Position numbers and translations under genes: made by a program
In this document: one piece after another, positions 44,458 through 55,295 of the stretch
How positions within the stretch are numbered: the first letter of the stretch is position 1
How the letters are laid out: every line of letters starts with the position of its first letter
Source of the DNA: Clostridia bacterium
Lineage (GTDB): Bacteria > Bacillota > Clostridia > Saccharofermentanales > Saccharofermentanaceae
Assembly: GCA_024403775.1 (NCBI GenBank)
Contig: JAKSRE010000008.1
Location: 22,096 to 86,095 of the forward strand
Length of the DNA: 64,000 nucleotides
Direction: 5' to 3'
Notes under the pieces: generated by a model
Seen by the model: only the letters and a program-made list of their open reading frames with translations
The model's database searches: none
What the model was told of the DNA's origin: nothing

Positions 44458-46851
44458 ATGGAAAGAATACATAATCGTAAAGCATCTGTAGTATGCACAA
44501 TAATCTGTCTGATAGCTTTTCTATCTTATTCAGTATTTCTGATGGTTAGGCTTTATAAGGTTGCGGTTGTTGATTATGTTATTCACGCCAAAGATGCGGC
44601 ATCTTCACAGTGGAAACTTATGAATTATGAGGCTGACAGAGGCCTTATTTATGATGCAAACGGAATCACTCTTGCTTCAAATACATATAACTATACTATT
44701 GTTTGTACTCCTAGAGAGATTCATGCAGATAAGCTTAACAGAGACCAGATTATTAATAATTTCGCGATTCTTCTTGATATGACTGTTGAGGATCTGGATA
44801 AGATTTTACCTCCTACAGTATTGGATGAAGATGGTAAAGAAGTATACGATACGACAGATCCAAGATATGCAGTTGATGGTATGGATCTTAAGCGTAATAT
44901 CACATCTGAGCAGAAAGATCAGTTCGAGAAATTCGTACTGGATAATGGAATATCTGGTGTATCTTATGTAGCAATTCCACAGAGATATTATAATTATGGA
45001 AGATTTGCTTCCCAGATTATTGGTTATGCCCGAAATACTGGTGATGGACTTAATGGTCTTTATGGCCTTGAGGCTTACTATAATTCTTTGTTATCAGGTA
45101 CAGATGGCTACAGATATTCTGAAGTAGACCTCTCTACAGGTGGCGCACTTCCATATTCTCAGCCAGTCACAACCAGTGTTAGTAATGGTTATAATCTCGT
45201 ATTGAATGTAGATATGAATATTCAGATGATTGCGGAAGAAGAATGTCGTGCCGCATATGAGACATATTCACCAAGAGGCGGTGTTACCTGCATAGTTATG
45301 AATCCAAATACTGGAGCCGTATATGCAATGGTATCTCTTCCTGACTATGATCTTAATGATCCATATGGTGTTCCTTATGGTATGAATAAGACACTCTGGA
45401 AAACTTATGATGAAGATACACAGGTTCAGTATCTAATGAGTAGCGTATGGCGTAACCGCTGTATCTCAGATACATATGAGCCAGGTTCTACATTTAAGTC
45501 TCTTACTACAGCTATGGCTTTTGAAGAGAATCTAAGTAATGAGAATGAGGAGTTTTCTGATGCTCCTATTCAGGTATCAGAGCTTGATACAATCTCATGC
45601 TGGATGCAGAAGTCCTATCACTATAATCACGGTATTGAATCACTTACTAATGGATTTGAGCAGTCATGTAACCCAATCTTTGTTCAGCTTGCATATCGTA
45701 TTGGTATAAGTAAGTACTATCAGTATGTACATGCTTTGGGTTTCTATGAGACAACAGGTATCGATCTTCCTGCAGAAGGTGTTGGTATCTTCCATTCAAA
45801 TCCATCTCTTATCGATATGGCATGTCTCTCCTTTGGTGAGTCTGCAACGGTTACACCTATTCAGCTTATAAATTCGTATTGTGCACTTATTAATGGCGGA
45901 AGTCTTATGACTCCTCATATCGTTAAATATATTACTGACCAGGATGGCAATATCATTGATGAGATTGAACCTGAGGTAATAAGAACAGTTTTCTCAGAAG
46001 AGACTTGCAGCAGAGTAAGATCTTTGATGGAAAAGGTAGTAGAAGAAGGTACTGGTTCAGCAGGTAAGGTTATTGGTTATTCTGTTGCTGGTAAGACTTC
46101 AACCGCTACAATCGAGAATGGTGAAGAGGCAGGAATGCACGTGCTCTCATTCTCATGTTATGCTCCATCTTATTCACCTGAGATTGCAGTACTTGTTGTA
46201 TTGAACAGACCAGAAGACAGATCAGTAGGTTCTTCAGCTCCTGCATCAGTTGCAGCACGTATCGTAGAGAGAACTCTTACTTATATGAATGTTCCTAGAG
46301 TATTTACTGAAGCTGATTATGAGAAGCTTGTAGATTACAGATATGTATTGAATGTAATTGGATTTAATGCGTCTAAGGCAAGTTCGAATCTCGCTGCAAA
46401 CGGTGTAACAACAATCTATGGCGCAGAGAATATGGATTCTGAGACAATTGTAGGATTTACATACCCTACAAGTACCGATTATCTTTATACTTCTGGTTCT
46501 GCAATTGTAGTTTTATATCCTGAGGGTACAACACAGGATGATATGATTATCACCTCTGTTCCAAGCCTTACTGGAAAGAACGCAGTGGAGTGCTTTAATT
46601 CCCTTTCGAACTGTAATCTTAATATTCGCTATGAGGGCGATATATCTGGCGTATGTATAGCACAGTCTTATAACTATCTTGAGACAATTCCAGCGGGAAG
46701 CATTGTCACAGTAGTGATGGGTGATGCAAAAGATATAACTCCAGTTCCTGAAGATATAAGTGAAGAGGGTGGAGAATTAAATAGCGAAGAATTAACGGGT
46801 GAAGAATTAGATATTGGAGAGACTCTTTCAGAGAGTGAACTTGAAGAATAA
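44458..46851 (+). CDS. class B penicillin-binding protein (FtsI/SpoVD/PBP2B-like transpeptidase with C-terminal PASTA-like region)
   Basis: N-terminal TM and PBP dimerisation region. Transpeptidase motifs STFK (GSTFKS), SCN and KTS(T). Acidic C-terminal tail. Confidence 0.9.
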   Translation: MERIHNRKASVVCTIICLIAFLSYSVFLMVRLYKVAVVDYVIHAKDAASSQWKLMNYEADRGLIYDANGITLASNTYNYTIVCTPREIHADKLNRDQIINNFAILLDMTVEDLDKILPPTVLDEDGKEVYDTTDPRYAVDGMDLKRNITSEQKDQFEKFVLDNGISGVSYVAIPQRYYNYGRFASQIIGYARNTGDGLNGLYGLEAYYNSLLSGTDGYRYSEVDLSTGGALPYSQPVTTSVSNGYNLVLNVDMNIQMIAEEECRAAYETYSPRGGVTCIVMNPNTGAVYAMVSLPDYDLNDPYGVPYGMNKTLWKTYDEDTQVQYLMSSVWRNRCISDTYEPGSTFKSLTTAMAFEENLSNENEEFSDAPIQVSELDTISCWMQKSYHYNHGIESLTNGFEQSCNPIFVQLAYRIGISKYYQYVHALGFYETTGIDLPAEGVGIFHSNPSLIDMACLSFGESATVTPIQLINSYCALINGGSLMTPHIVKYITDQDGNIIDEIEPEVIRTVFSEETCSRVRSLMEKVVEEGTGSAGKVIGYSVAGKTSTATIENGEEAGMHVLSFSCYAPSYSPEIAVLVVLNRPEDRSVGSSAPASVAARIVERTLTYMNVPRVFTEADYEKLVDYRYVLNVIGFNASKASSNLAANGVTTIYGAENMDSETIVGFTYPTSTDYLYTSGSAIVVLYPEGTTQDDMIITSVPSLTGKNAVECFNSLSNCNLNIRYEGDISGVCIAQSYNYLETIPAGSIVTVVMGDAKDITPVPEDISEEGGELNSEELTGEELDIGETLSESELEE

Positions 46852-46854
46852 GAG

Positions 46855-48393
46855 GTGATTTTTGTGAAGCTGTTAGATCTTCTTAAGGGTATTGAATATA
46901 AAGTATTATGTGGCGATATTAATAAAGATATTGAAGTGATTTTGTCTGATAATCGTAAGCTTAAGGACAGTAATAATGCCTGCTTCTTTTGCATTAAAGG
47001 CGAGCGATTTGATGCACACAGCGTTTTGGATAAAATCCTTCAGGATGAACCAGAGGCAGTTGTAATTGATTCATCCCGTAAGATTTATAATGATATCTCA
47101 AATCTTGCAGCTTCTTCTGGTACTACAATTGTCGAAGTAACAGATACCAGATACTGCCATGCAATAGCTGAAGGCAATATGTGTGGTAATCCACAAAGTA
47201 AACTTACTGCTGTTGGTATTACAGGTACCAAAGGTAAGACTACAACAGCATTTATGGTTAGAACTCTTCTTGATACAAAAAGTGACAGCAGCATCATGAT
47301 TGGAACCAATGGAACTTTTATTGGAAGTGAATCAATTGAGACTGCCAGAACTACTCCAGAGGCAGGAGATCTTTTTAAGCTCCTTAAGGAAGGCGTAACT
47401 AAAGGGATGAGTAAGCTTGTAATGGAGGTATCTTCATTAGGCCTTAAGCAGAGCAGAGTAGCAGGGATTAACTATGAATATGCCTGCTTTACTAACCTTT
47501 ACAGAGACCATATAGGTCCTGGTGAGCATCAGGATATGGATGAATATTTTAAGTGTAAACTTCTTTTATTCAATCAGTGCACTAATGCTATTGTGAACTT
47601 AGATATGGACAGAGGACAGGAAGCTTTTGATTATGCCTCAAATATTAAAGGCGTAAATGTATATAGCTATGGTTTTGGAGAGACTGCTACTGTCAGAGCA
47701 GTTAATCTTCACAAGGAATCACGTAATAACATTCTTGGAACCTCCTTTGAGATTAAGAGTCCTTGGTATAATGGTGAAGTTTTCCTTGACCTTCCAGGCG
47801 AATTTAATGTATATAATGCGCTTTGTGCTGCAACAGTTGCAGGAATAGCTGGTATAAGTTTTGATAAGCTTAAGGAAGTTTTCTCTACAATTGAGATTCC
47901 TGGAAGAGTTCAGGTAGTTCCAAATGAACTCGGTATTGATATCAGAGTTGACTATGCTCATAATGGAGCAAGTCTTGAGGCCCTTCTTAAGTCAATGAGA
48001 GATTATTGCGATGGAAACCTTAAGGTTGTATTTGGCTGTGGTGGCGATCGTTCAACAGAACGTCGTAAGCCAATGGGTGAAGCAGCATGTAAGTTTGCGG
48101 ATTACTCTTATGTTACAACTGATAACAGTAGAAGTGAGAATCCTGAAGATATTGTTAAAATGATTATAGAGGGCTTCGATGGTGCAAAGTATGATGTGCC
48201 AGATGAGCGTTTCACTATTATTCTTGACAGACAAAAGGCTATCGAGAAGGCTGTTATGGAAAGTAACAGAGGAGATATGGTTCTTATTGTAGGTAAGGGT
48301 CACGAGAAGGAGCAGGTTGCAGGCGGAGTAGCTGTACCATTTGATGATGTTCAGGTAGCTTCTGATGCAGTAAAGCTCAAATCTAATATCTGA
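46855..48393 (+). CDS. murE: UDP-N-acetylmuramoyl-L-alanyl-D-glutamate--2,6-diaminopimelate ligase
   Basis: GITGTKGKTTT P-loop and GCGGDR. The position of the DNPR specificity motif reads DNSR. Confidence 0.9.
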   Translation: MIFVKLLDLLKGIEYKVLCGDINKDIEVILSDNRKLKDSNNACFFCIKGERFDAHSVLDKILQDEPEAVVIDSSRKIYNDISNLAASSGTTIVEVTDTRYCHAIAEGNMCGNPQSKLTAVGITGTKGKTTTAFMVRTLLDTKSDSSIMIGTNGTFIGSESIETARTTPEAGDLFKLLKEGVTKGMSKLVMEVSSLGLKQSRVAGINYEYACFTNLYRDHIGPGEHQDMDEYFKCKLLLFNQCTNAIVNLDMDRGQEAFDYASNIKGVNVYSYGFGETATVRAVNLHKESRNNILGTSFEIKSPWYNGEVFLDLPGEFNVYNALCAATVAGIAGISFDKLKEVFSTIEIPGRVQVVPNELGIDIRVDYAHNGASLEALLKSMRDYCDGNLKVVFGCGGDRSTERRKPMGEAACKFADYSYVTTDNSRSENPEDIVKMIIEGFDGAKYDVPDERFTIILDRQKAIEKAVMESNRGDMVLIVGKGHEKEQVAGGVAVPFDDVQVASDAVKLKSNI

Positions 48394-48415
48394 TATTTGT
48401 TTAGAAGGAAATGAC

Positions 48416-49867
48416 ATGGATAATACATCAGTTTTTACATTAAATGAGATTATTAAGGCTACGGGCGGAAAGCTTTGTGGTGAAGGATATGATTTGGATA
48501 CCCCAATCGTATCTGGTGCCTGTAATGATACACGTAAGATAAATCCTGATAATCTTTTTGTTGCAATAAAAGATGTTCGTGATGGTCACGATTTTATACC
48601 TAATGCTATTGAAGGCGGTGCAACAGCAGTTCTGATAAGCGACACCAAGTGCCTGCCACTTACTATCCCTGCTATTCTTGTAGAGGATACTGTAAAGGCA
48701 TTAGGTCTTCTTGCTTCATACTATAGAACAAGACAGAATTTTAAGGTTGTAGGAGTAACAGGTTCAGTTGGCAAGACTTCAACCAGAGAGATTATCGCAA
48801 CTGCTTTAAGAAGCGGAGTTAAGGTTCACTCTACTCCTTCAAATCAGAATAATGAGATTGGTATGCCGCTTACAATTTTAAGTGCACCTTCTGATACAGA
48901 TGTACTTGTTCTCGAGATGGGAATGAGACTTCTTGGAGAGATTGATTATCTTACTAATATCGCTAAGCCTGATATTGCGCTTATTACTAATATTGGCTGC
49001 TCCCATATCGGAAGACTTGGAAGCAGAGAAAATATTCTTAAGGCAAAGACTGAGATCCTTAATGGTCTTCAGGATAATGGCCTTTTTCTTGTAAATGGCG
49101 ATGATAATTACCTTGAAGGTTTTATCAAATCTTATGATAACAAAAATATAAGAACTGGTTCTGTATCAGCAGAGGGAAGACATGTAACTGGTACTACTTT
49201 TGAGGCGTGTAACATTGTTATATCCTCAGAAGGCAAGGGCACTTCCTTCGATTTGGGCGTAAATAGTGATGGCGAGATGATTTCTACCTTGGAGGATGTA
49301 AAAATCTCCTGTGTGGGAATCTGTCACGTGAGAAATTGCCTTTTCGCGCTCTATATTGCAAAGGAATTAGGTCTTAATCTTGAGGGTGTTAAGGAGGCTT
49401 TGAAGACATATACTGTTCTTCCTGGAAGAGGTAATGTTGTAAAGACCAAGAGATATACAATAGTTGACGATGCTTATAATGCTTCTTTTGAATCCATGAG
49501 AGCAGCATTTGAAAATATTAATGCAATGAATGCCAAGGGTAAGACTATCCGTAAGATTTTAGCGCTCGGCTGTATCTTAGAGCTTGGAGATTTTGCGAGC
49601 GATATTCATAAGGATGTCGGAACTGAACTTGCTAAATATAACTTTAACAGAATTTACGCAACTGGCGATAATAAGGAAGATATCCTTTCTGGCTATAGCT
49701 TAGTTAAGGGCGATGATGGCAAAGTAATTCTTACTGAGTCTACCGATGAGATGCGCGACAAGCTCATGGAAGAGATAGATGATGGCGATATCATTTTGTT
49801 CAAGGGCTCTAATGCTTTTGGCCTTCAGAAGATGGCAAAAGAATTTACTATGAGGGGTAATGTCTGA
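48416..49867 (+). CDS. murF: UDP-N-acetylmuramoyl-tripeptide--D-alanyl-D-alanine ligase
   Basis: GVTGSVGKTSTRE P-loop and DDAYNAS motif. Confidence 0.92.
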   Translation: MDNTSVFTLNEIIKATGGKLCGEGYDLDTPIVSGACNDTRKINPDNLFVAIKDVRDGHDFIPNAIEGGATAVLISDTKCLPLTIPAILVEDTVKALGLLASYYRTRQNFKVVGVTGSVGKTSTREIIATALRSGVKVHSTPSNQNNEIGMPLTILSAPSDTDVLVLEMGMRLLGEIDYLTNIAKPDIALITNIGCSHIGRLGSRENILKAKTEILNGLQDNGLFLVNGDDNYLEGFIKSYDNKNIRTGSVSAEGRHVTGTTFEACNIVISSEGKGTSFDLGVNSDGEMISTLEDVKISCVGICHVRNCLFALYIAKELGLNLEGVKEALKTYTVLPGRGNVVKTKRYTIVDDAYNASFESMRAAFENINAMNAKGKTIRKILALGCILELGDFASDIHKDVGTELAKYNFNRIYATGDNKEDILSGYSLVKGDDGKVILTESTDEMRDKLMEEIDDGDIILFKGSNAFGLQKMAKEFTMRGNV

Positions 49868-51297
49868 TGAGGTTTATTACCAAGAAAACAGTGGCTGAGA
49901 AAAGTAGCCCACAATACCTCCTTGCAAAAAGAAGAGTAGAGAGTAAATATCTTCTTACAGTTCCTTTGTGGATTATTTTGTTCGCGCTCATTATGTGGGG
50001 CATGGTTATTCTGTATTCTGTATCTGCAGCTACTGCCTATATAGATGCAACAACAAAGGAGATTGTACCTGATGCTGCTTTCTATGTTCGAAAGCAATTG
50101 GGATTTACAGCTGTAGGATTAGTTCTGGCTTTCTTAATCTCAAGATTCCCTATTGATAAACTAAAAAAGCCTTTTATCATGTTCGGTATTCTTGGCGGCG
50201 TAGTTGCACTTCTTCTTGCTACAAGATTTATCGGTGTATCACGTAATGGTGCCAGACGATGGCTTAAACTTGGAGTTGAATTCCAGACCTCTGAGCTTCT
50301 TAAGGTAGGTGCCGTTTTTGCCTATGCGATTTACAGAAGCTGGATTATCTCCCTTCGTAAGAAGAGTCCTGAGATGAATGCCAAACTTACTTTTGGTAAA
50401 TGGCATTTTGCAATAATGGATTTTCTTGTTCCAGTTACCGTTTTAATTGTGTGTGACCTTCTGGTTTTGTTCCAGCCACATACTTCAGGTTTTATCATCA
50501 TTGGTATTATTGTATTTGTCTGCGTTCTCTGTTCAGGCCTGTCGCTTAGAACCTGGTTTATGGGGTTGCTTCCATATCTGGTTTTGGCGGGAGTAGTAGT
50601 AGGCGCAATTATTGTGATGCCAAGCGACAGCCCAATTAAGATTAAGGTTAATGATTATCTCCATTCTCACTTTGGACACGTATTTACCAGACTTGCGCTC
50701 GATTCAGATGATTCTACACTTAGTAAAGACGATACCATGCAGTATGATAATGCCTTTGCTGCGCTTGGATCAGGCGGAATGAACGGAGTTGGAATTGGTA
50801 ATTCACGTTCAAAGTATCACTATGTACCTGAGGCACATACTGACTATATTTATGCAATTTATGTTGAAGAGACAGGAATGCTCGGAGGAAGCATACTTAT
50901 TGGTATGTATATGCTGATGTTTGCGCTGTGCATGCGTGTTGCGATAAGAGCAAAAGATATCTTTTACAGAATCATCGCTGTCGGGTATACGACCATGATT
51001 ATGCTCGAGGCGGTGCTTAATATAAGCGTTAACTTACAGGTAACCCCTCCTACAGGCGTATCTTTGCCTTTTGTAAGTTATGGTGGTACAGCTCAGGTTA
51101 TTTTCCTTTGTGCTTATGGTATGATAATCAGTGTTGCTCGAAATGGTACTTACAGTAAATTCGATTTTACTGAAGAAAGAGATCCAGAATTTACAGATCC
51201 AGAAAAACTGGAATTACCAGAAGAACCTGTTGAAGAGGTTGAGGAAGTAACCAAGAAGAAGGTTGCTCAAAAAAGAAGACGTGAGGTAAGAAGATAA
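49867..51297 (+). CDS. ftsW: FtsW/SpoVE family peptidoglycan glycosyltransferase (dcw-cluster copy)
   Basis: SEDS motifs TSELLKV and LPFVSYGGT. Charged C-terminal extension. Confidence 0.88.
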   Translation: MRFITKKTVAEKSSPQYLLAKRRVESKYLLTVPLWIILFALIMWGMVILYSVSAATAYIDATTKEIVPDAAFYVRKQLGFTAVGLVLAFLISRFPIDKLKKPFIMFGILGGVVALLLATRFIGVSRNGARRWLKLGVEFQTSELLKVGAVFAYAIYRSWIISLRKKSPEMNAKLTFGKWHFAIMDFLVPVTVLIVCDLLVLFQPHTSGFIIIGIIVFVCVLCSGLSLRTWFMGLLPYLVLAGVVVGAIIVMPSDSPIKIKVNDYLHSHFGHVFTRLALDSDDSTLSKDDTMQYDNAFAALGSGGMNGVGIGNSRSKYHYVPEAHTDYIYAIYVEETGMLGGSILIGMYMLMFALCMRVAIRAKDIFYRIIAVGYTTMIMLEAVLNISVNLQVTPPTGVSLPFVSYGGTAQVIFLCAYGMIISVARNGTYSKFDFTEERDPEFTDPEKLELPEEPVEEVEEVTKKKVAQKRRREVRR

Positions 51298-52412
51298 TGT
51301 TATATAAATTCATAGTTGCTGGTGGTGGAACTTCAGGACATATCAATCCTGCTTTGACAATCGCTGGAGCACTTAAGAAATTCTATGAGGAATCTGGAGA
51401 TGAGGTAGCTATCACTTTCGTTGGAAGAGAAAACAGCCTTGAAAGTGAGCTTGTATCCAAGGCCGGATATAGTATGACTTATGTTGAAGCAAAGCCATTC
51501 CCTATGAAGCCTAGTAAGAAGATGATTGATGCAGTAAAGGCTTTGTCTAATGGAACAAAGACAGCATCAAAATTAATAGAAGAATTTAAGCCAAATGCGG
51601 TTATTGGAACTGGTGGATATGTTTGTGCTCCGCTTTTTAGAGCTGCAAAAAAGCATAAAGTGCCAGTAATAATTCATGAGTCAAATGCTTTCCCAGGAAG
51701 ACTTAACAGATTAAGCGGAAGATCTGCTTCGTTAGTTCTTACAGGTTTTCCTAATCTTGAGAAGGTTTTTTCTAAGGCAAAAAAGGTCGTTTATACAGGA
51801 AATCCAGTTAGAGACATCATGTTTAATAACGACTACAAGGAAGCAAGAGCAAAGCTTGGTATCGATGATGATACAAGATTAATATTTGCTATGGGTGGAA
51901 GCCTTGGAGCAAAGACCATAAATGATTTTATGATTGAATGTGCTGCGCGCCCTGAATACAAAGATGTAAAGTTTGTGCTTGGAAGCGGTAAGCAGCAGTC
52001 CAGTAAATTAAATGAAGAGAAAAAGGAAATTCCAGAAAATCTCACAATAATGGAATATATCGATAATCCAAATGTTTACCTTGCCGGAGCAGATATCTCA
52101 ATAACAAGAGCTGGTGCTGTTACCTGCGCTGAGATAGCTGCAATTGGTGCATGTAATGTGTTTATTCCATATCCATTTGCGGCTCAGGACCACCAGACAT
52201 TTAATGCTTCTGCCTTTAGTAACACAGAGGCAGGCGTTCTCGTACCTGATGCTGAAGTAAAAACAGGACTTCTTCTTCCAGTAATTGCTGAACTTCTTGA
52301 AGACGATGAGAGAAGAAAAAACATCAGAATCAATGCTCGTAAGCTTTCTGTAGAAGACTGTGACAGAAGAATTGTAACTGCAATCGATGATTTGATTAAA
52401 GGAAAGAATTAA
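51297..52412 (+). CDS. murG: undecaprenyldiphospho-muramoylpentapeptide beta-N-acetylglucosaminyltransferase
   Basis: GGGTSGHINPAL G-loop and the C-terminal RAGAVTCAEIAA motif. Confidence 0.93.
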   Translation: MLYKFIVAGGGTSGHINPALTIAGALKKFYEESGDEVAITFVGRENSLESELVSKAGYSMTYVEAKPFPMKPSKKMIDAVKALSNGTKTASKLIEEFKPNAVIGTGGYVCAPLFRAAKKHKVPVIIHESNAFPGRLNRLSGRSASLVLTGFPNLEKVFSKAKKVVYTGNPVRDIMFNNDYKEARAKLGIDDDTRLIFAMGGSLGAKTINDFMIECAARPEYKDVKFVLGSGKQQSSKLNEEKKEIPENLTIMEYIDNPNVYLAGADISITRAGAVTCAEIAAIGACNVFIPYPFAAQDHQTFNASAFSNTEAGVLVPDAEVKTGLLLPVIAELLEDDERRKNIRINARKLSVEDCDRRIVTAIDDLIKGKN

Positions 52413-53594
52413 GTGGCCGACGAAGAAAAAGAGAAACTTAATAAAGCTTCTTCAGAAGGTATTAAGAAGGAAACTTCTGATACTGATGTTGCTGCGCCAC
52501 AAAAAGCGTCCCCAGTCGAAAGTAAGACCCAAAACGATACTAAGCCTTCTGAATCTGAAACTGAATCAGTCTCAGAAGAAAAGGTATCTCTGGATGATTT
52601 GTTCGATGAAGAGGATATAAAGAAAGAGGCTTCAGATAAAGGTGAGGTTACTAAGAAGGCAGAACCTAAAAAAGTAAATCCAAAACCTGTTCAGAATAAA
52701 ATTTCAGTAGAACCAGAAGAAGATCCTGTAGATTACTCGGAAGTTTTAGCCTCATTTAAGGAGAAACTCTGGGATACTTTTGAGGCACTTCTTAAGAATC
52801 GTAAACTGGTAATTGCTATAGTAGCAGTAGTTTTACTGATATCAGGATTTCTCTTTTTGTTTTTCTCTCCTAAGTTCAGGGTTAAAACAATCGCCATATC
52901 TGGAAATCATGTTTTATCTTCTGATGAGATTGTAGATATGATTGGTGTTGGTGTAGGAGATCACATATATAAGGGCGTAAACGGCAATATACTCGATATT
53001 ATTCGCCTTGATTATGGTAATAAAGAGAAAGAGATTATTGCCAAGTATCCTTACGTTGAAGATATAAAAATACATGCGGATTTTCCATCTAATATTACTG
53101 TTGAGGTTAAGGAAAGAGCCAAGGTAGCAGTAATTAAGATTAATGATGGCTATGCAACAATAGACAGCGAAGGAATAGTAGTAGAACTAAGTCTGTCTGA
53201 AGATGGAATAGAAAACTATAATCCAGTTATCTGTGGACTTGATATTAGCAAAGTTGTTATTGGAGAGAAGATACAGATTAAAAACGAGAGTGACTACCAG
53301 AAAGCGATAATCATTCTTGGTGCTGTTCTTGCAGCTGATGTTAACTCAACTTTTAAGGATGGTTACAGCTTCTATGAGAGCCTTCAGGAGATTAGAATTA
53401 TTCCTAGCGGCATGATTTATCTGACCTTTACTTTGCCATCAGGCTCAATGCTTCAGGTCAAATTGGAATCAATTGAGAAAATTAATGATGATATGAACTG
53501 GCTTGTTTATAACGTGCGTGAGAATTCCTTTGAGGACCTTCCAGACGGAGCACTTGATATGACAGGCGAAGAATACATATACAGAGAGTATTAA
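52413..53594 (+). CDS. ftsQ: cell division protein FtsQ/DivIB (POTRA domain) with acidic N-terminal extension
   Basis: Single TM followed by a POTRA-like segment (VKTIAISGNHVLSSDEI). Located between murG and ftsZ. GTG start. Confidence 0.8.
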   Translation: MADEEKEKLNKASSEGIKKETSDTDVAAPQKASPVESKTQNDTKPSESETESVSEEKVSLDDLFDEEDIKKEASDKGEVTKKAEPKKVNPKPVQNKISVEPEEDPVDYSEVLASFKEKLWDTFEALLKNRKLVIAIVAVVLLISGFLFLFFSPKFRVKTIAISGNHVLSSDEIVDMIGVGVGDHIYKGVNGNILDIIRLDYGNKEKEIIAKYPYVEDIKIHADFPSNITVEVKERAKVAVIKINDGYATIDSEGIVVELSLSEDGIENYNPVICGLDISKVVIGEKIQIKNESDYQKAIIILGAVLAADVNSTFKDGYSFYESLQEIRIIPSGMIYLTFTLPSGSMLQVKLESIEKINDDMNWLVYNVRENSFEDLPDGALDMTGEEYIYREY

Positions 53595-53787
53595 GATCTT
53601 TTTATTAGTCAAAAACATATTAAACGTAATTTTGTGACATAACAGTAACAAAACTTAACTTACTTGCAAGGTAAGTGGGGTAATTTCATATTGAAGCAAT
53701 ACAATATTTAGGTTACAATTCATATTGATGTACTATATATTGATTTAAATATATGATTTTTAATAAAGTTTTTTGGAGGGACTGATT

Positions 53788-55248
53788 ATGTCAGAACAAT
53801 ACGGATTTGATATGTATGAAGCTAATTCCGCAATAATTAAAGTAATTGGTGTTGGCGGCGGTGGATGTAATGCCGTTGACAGAATGGTAAGTGAATGTGT
53901 AGTAGGAATTGACTTTATTTCCATCAATACTGACAGCCAGGCTCTTGCACGTTCAAAGGAAAAATCAAGAGACAGTATCACAACAATTCAGATTGGTGAG
54001 AAGGCTACTCGTGGCTTAGGCTGCGGTGCTGATCCAAGTGTTGGTGAGAAGTCAGCAGAAGAGTCTAGAGAAGAGATTGCAAAGGCAATCGGAAACTGCG
54101 ATTTGTTATTTATTACTGCCGGCATGGGTGGTGGTACTGGAACAGGTGCTGCACCAGTAGTTGCTCAGATTGCTCAGGAGATGGGAATTCTTACTGTAGC
54201 AGTAGTTACAAGACCATTTGGTTTTGAGGGCGTAAGAAGAGCACAGAATGCTGAGCGTGGTATTAGAGAGCTCGAGAAGTATGTAGATTCACTCGTAGTA
54301 GTAGCTAATGATAAGCTTCTTGAGGCTGTTGAAGATACAACAACAATTGAGGAGTCATTCCTCTTGGCAGATAAGATTTTGAGAAGCGGTGTTGCTGGTA
54401 TTTCTGACCTTATCGCTATCCCAGGTCTCATCAACCTCGACCTCGCTGATGTAAGAAGAATTCTTACAAAGGCTGGTGTATGCCACATGGGTACAGGTAA
54501 GGGTTCTGGTGAGGATCGTGCAGTTCAGGCTGTTAAGAGTGCTATTAACTCACCACTTCTTGATACAACAATTGATGGTGCTAAGGGTGTTATTATCAAC
54601 TTCACAGGTGGTAAGGATATGTCACTTCGTGAGATTGATAAGGCTTCAGAGATTGTACGTGAGGCAGCTTCAGAGGAAGCAGACATCATCGTTGGTGCTG
54701 TAGTAGATGATACGGTTCAGGGTGAGATCTTTATCACAATTATCGCTTCAGGTTTTGAGAATACAATCAATGCTTCTGCTAATCACAGAGCAAATACAAC
54801 ACTTTTGTCACGTAACAGCAGCCCAGTAAATAAGGCTGATGACTCAAGAAATAATGTTCAGCAGCGTAACACATATGCTGCACCTGTTAATACAAATGAG
54901 AATCAGGCTCAGCCAGGTTTTATGTTTGGTGATGAATCAGTTAACAAGCCAAACGCTCCACGTGTTCCTCAGTATCAGAATGCGCAGCAGCGTCCACAGC
55001 AGCCAGTTAACGTTCAGCCACAGTATCAGCAGCCAGTTCAGTCATATGCTGCACAGCAGATTAATCCTCAGGTAGTTCAGCAGCCAGTTGTTACATCTAT
55101 TCCACAGCAGCAGGCAGCTCCACAGAATCAGATGGGTGGCAGACCACAGGTTAATGTAGCACCACAGACTGCACCTGTTGAGAATCAGCATAAGCCAAAG
55201 ACTCCTTGGATGCCTTTCTATCGTTCAAATAATAACGATGCTGAGTAA
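53788..55248 (+). CDS. ftsZ: cell division protein FtsZ
   Basis: Tubulin signature GGGTGTGAAPV and the NTDSQAL motif. Long Q/P-rich linker and conserved C-terminal peptide. ATG 53788 follows ggaggg. Confidence 0.97.
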   Translation: MSEQYGFDMYEANSAIIKVIGVGGGGCNAVDRMVSECVVGIDFISINTDSQALARSKEKSRDSITTIQIGEKATRGLGCGADPSVGEKSAEESREEIAKAIGNCDLLFITAGMGGGTGTGAAPVVAQIAQEMGILTVAVVTRPFGFEGVRRAQNAERGIRELEKYVDSLVVVANDKLLEAVEDTTTIEESFLLADKILRSGVAGISDLIAIPGLINLDLADVRRILTKAGVCHMGTGKGSGEDRAVQAVKSAINSPLLDTTIDGAKGVIINFTGGKDMSLREIDKASEIVREAASEEADIIVGAVVDDTVQGEIFITIIASGFENTINASANHRANTTLLSRNSSPVNKADDSRNNVQQRNTYAAPVNTNENQAQPGFMFGDESVNKPNAPRVPQYQNAQQRPQQPVNVQPQYQQPVQSYAAQQINPQVVQQPVVTSIPQQQAAPQNQMGGRPQVNVAPQTAPVENQHKPKTPWMPFYRSNNNDAE

Positions 55249-55295
55249 TAGCAGAAAAATTTGTGTTATATTATAATTAGTTTAGAGTGTGATTT

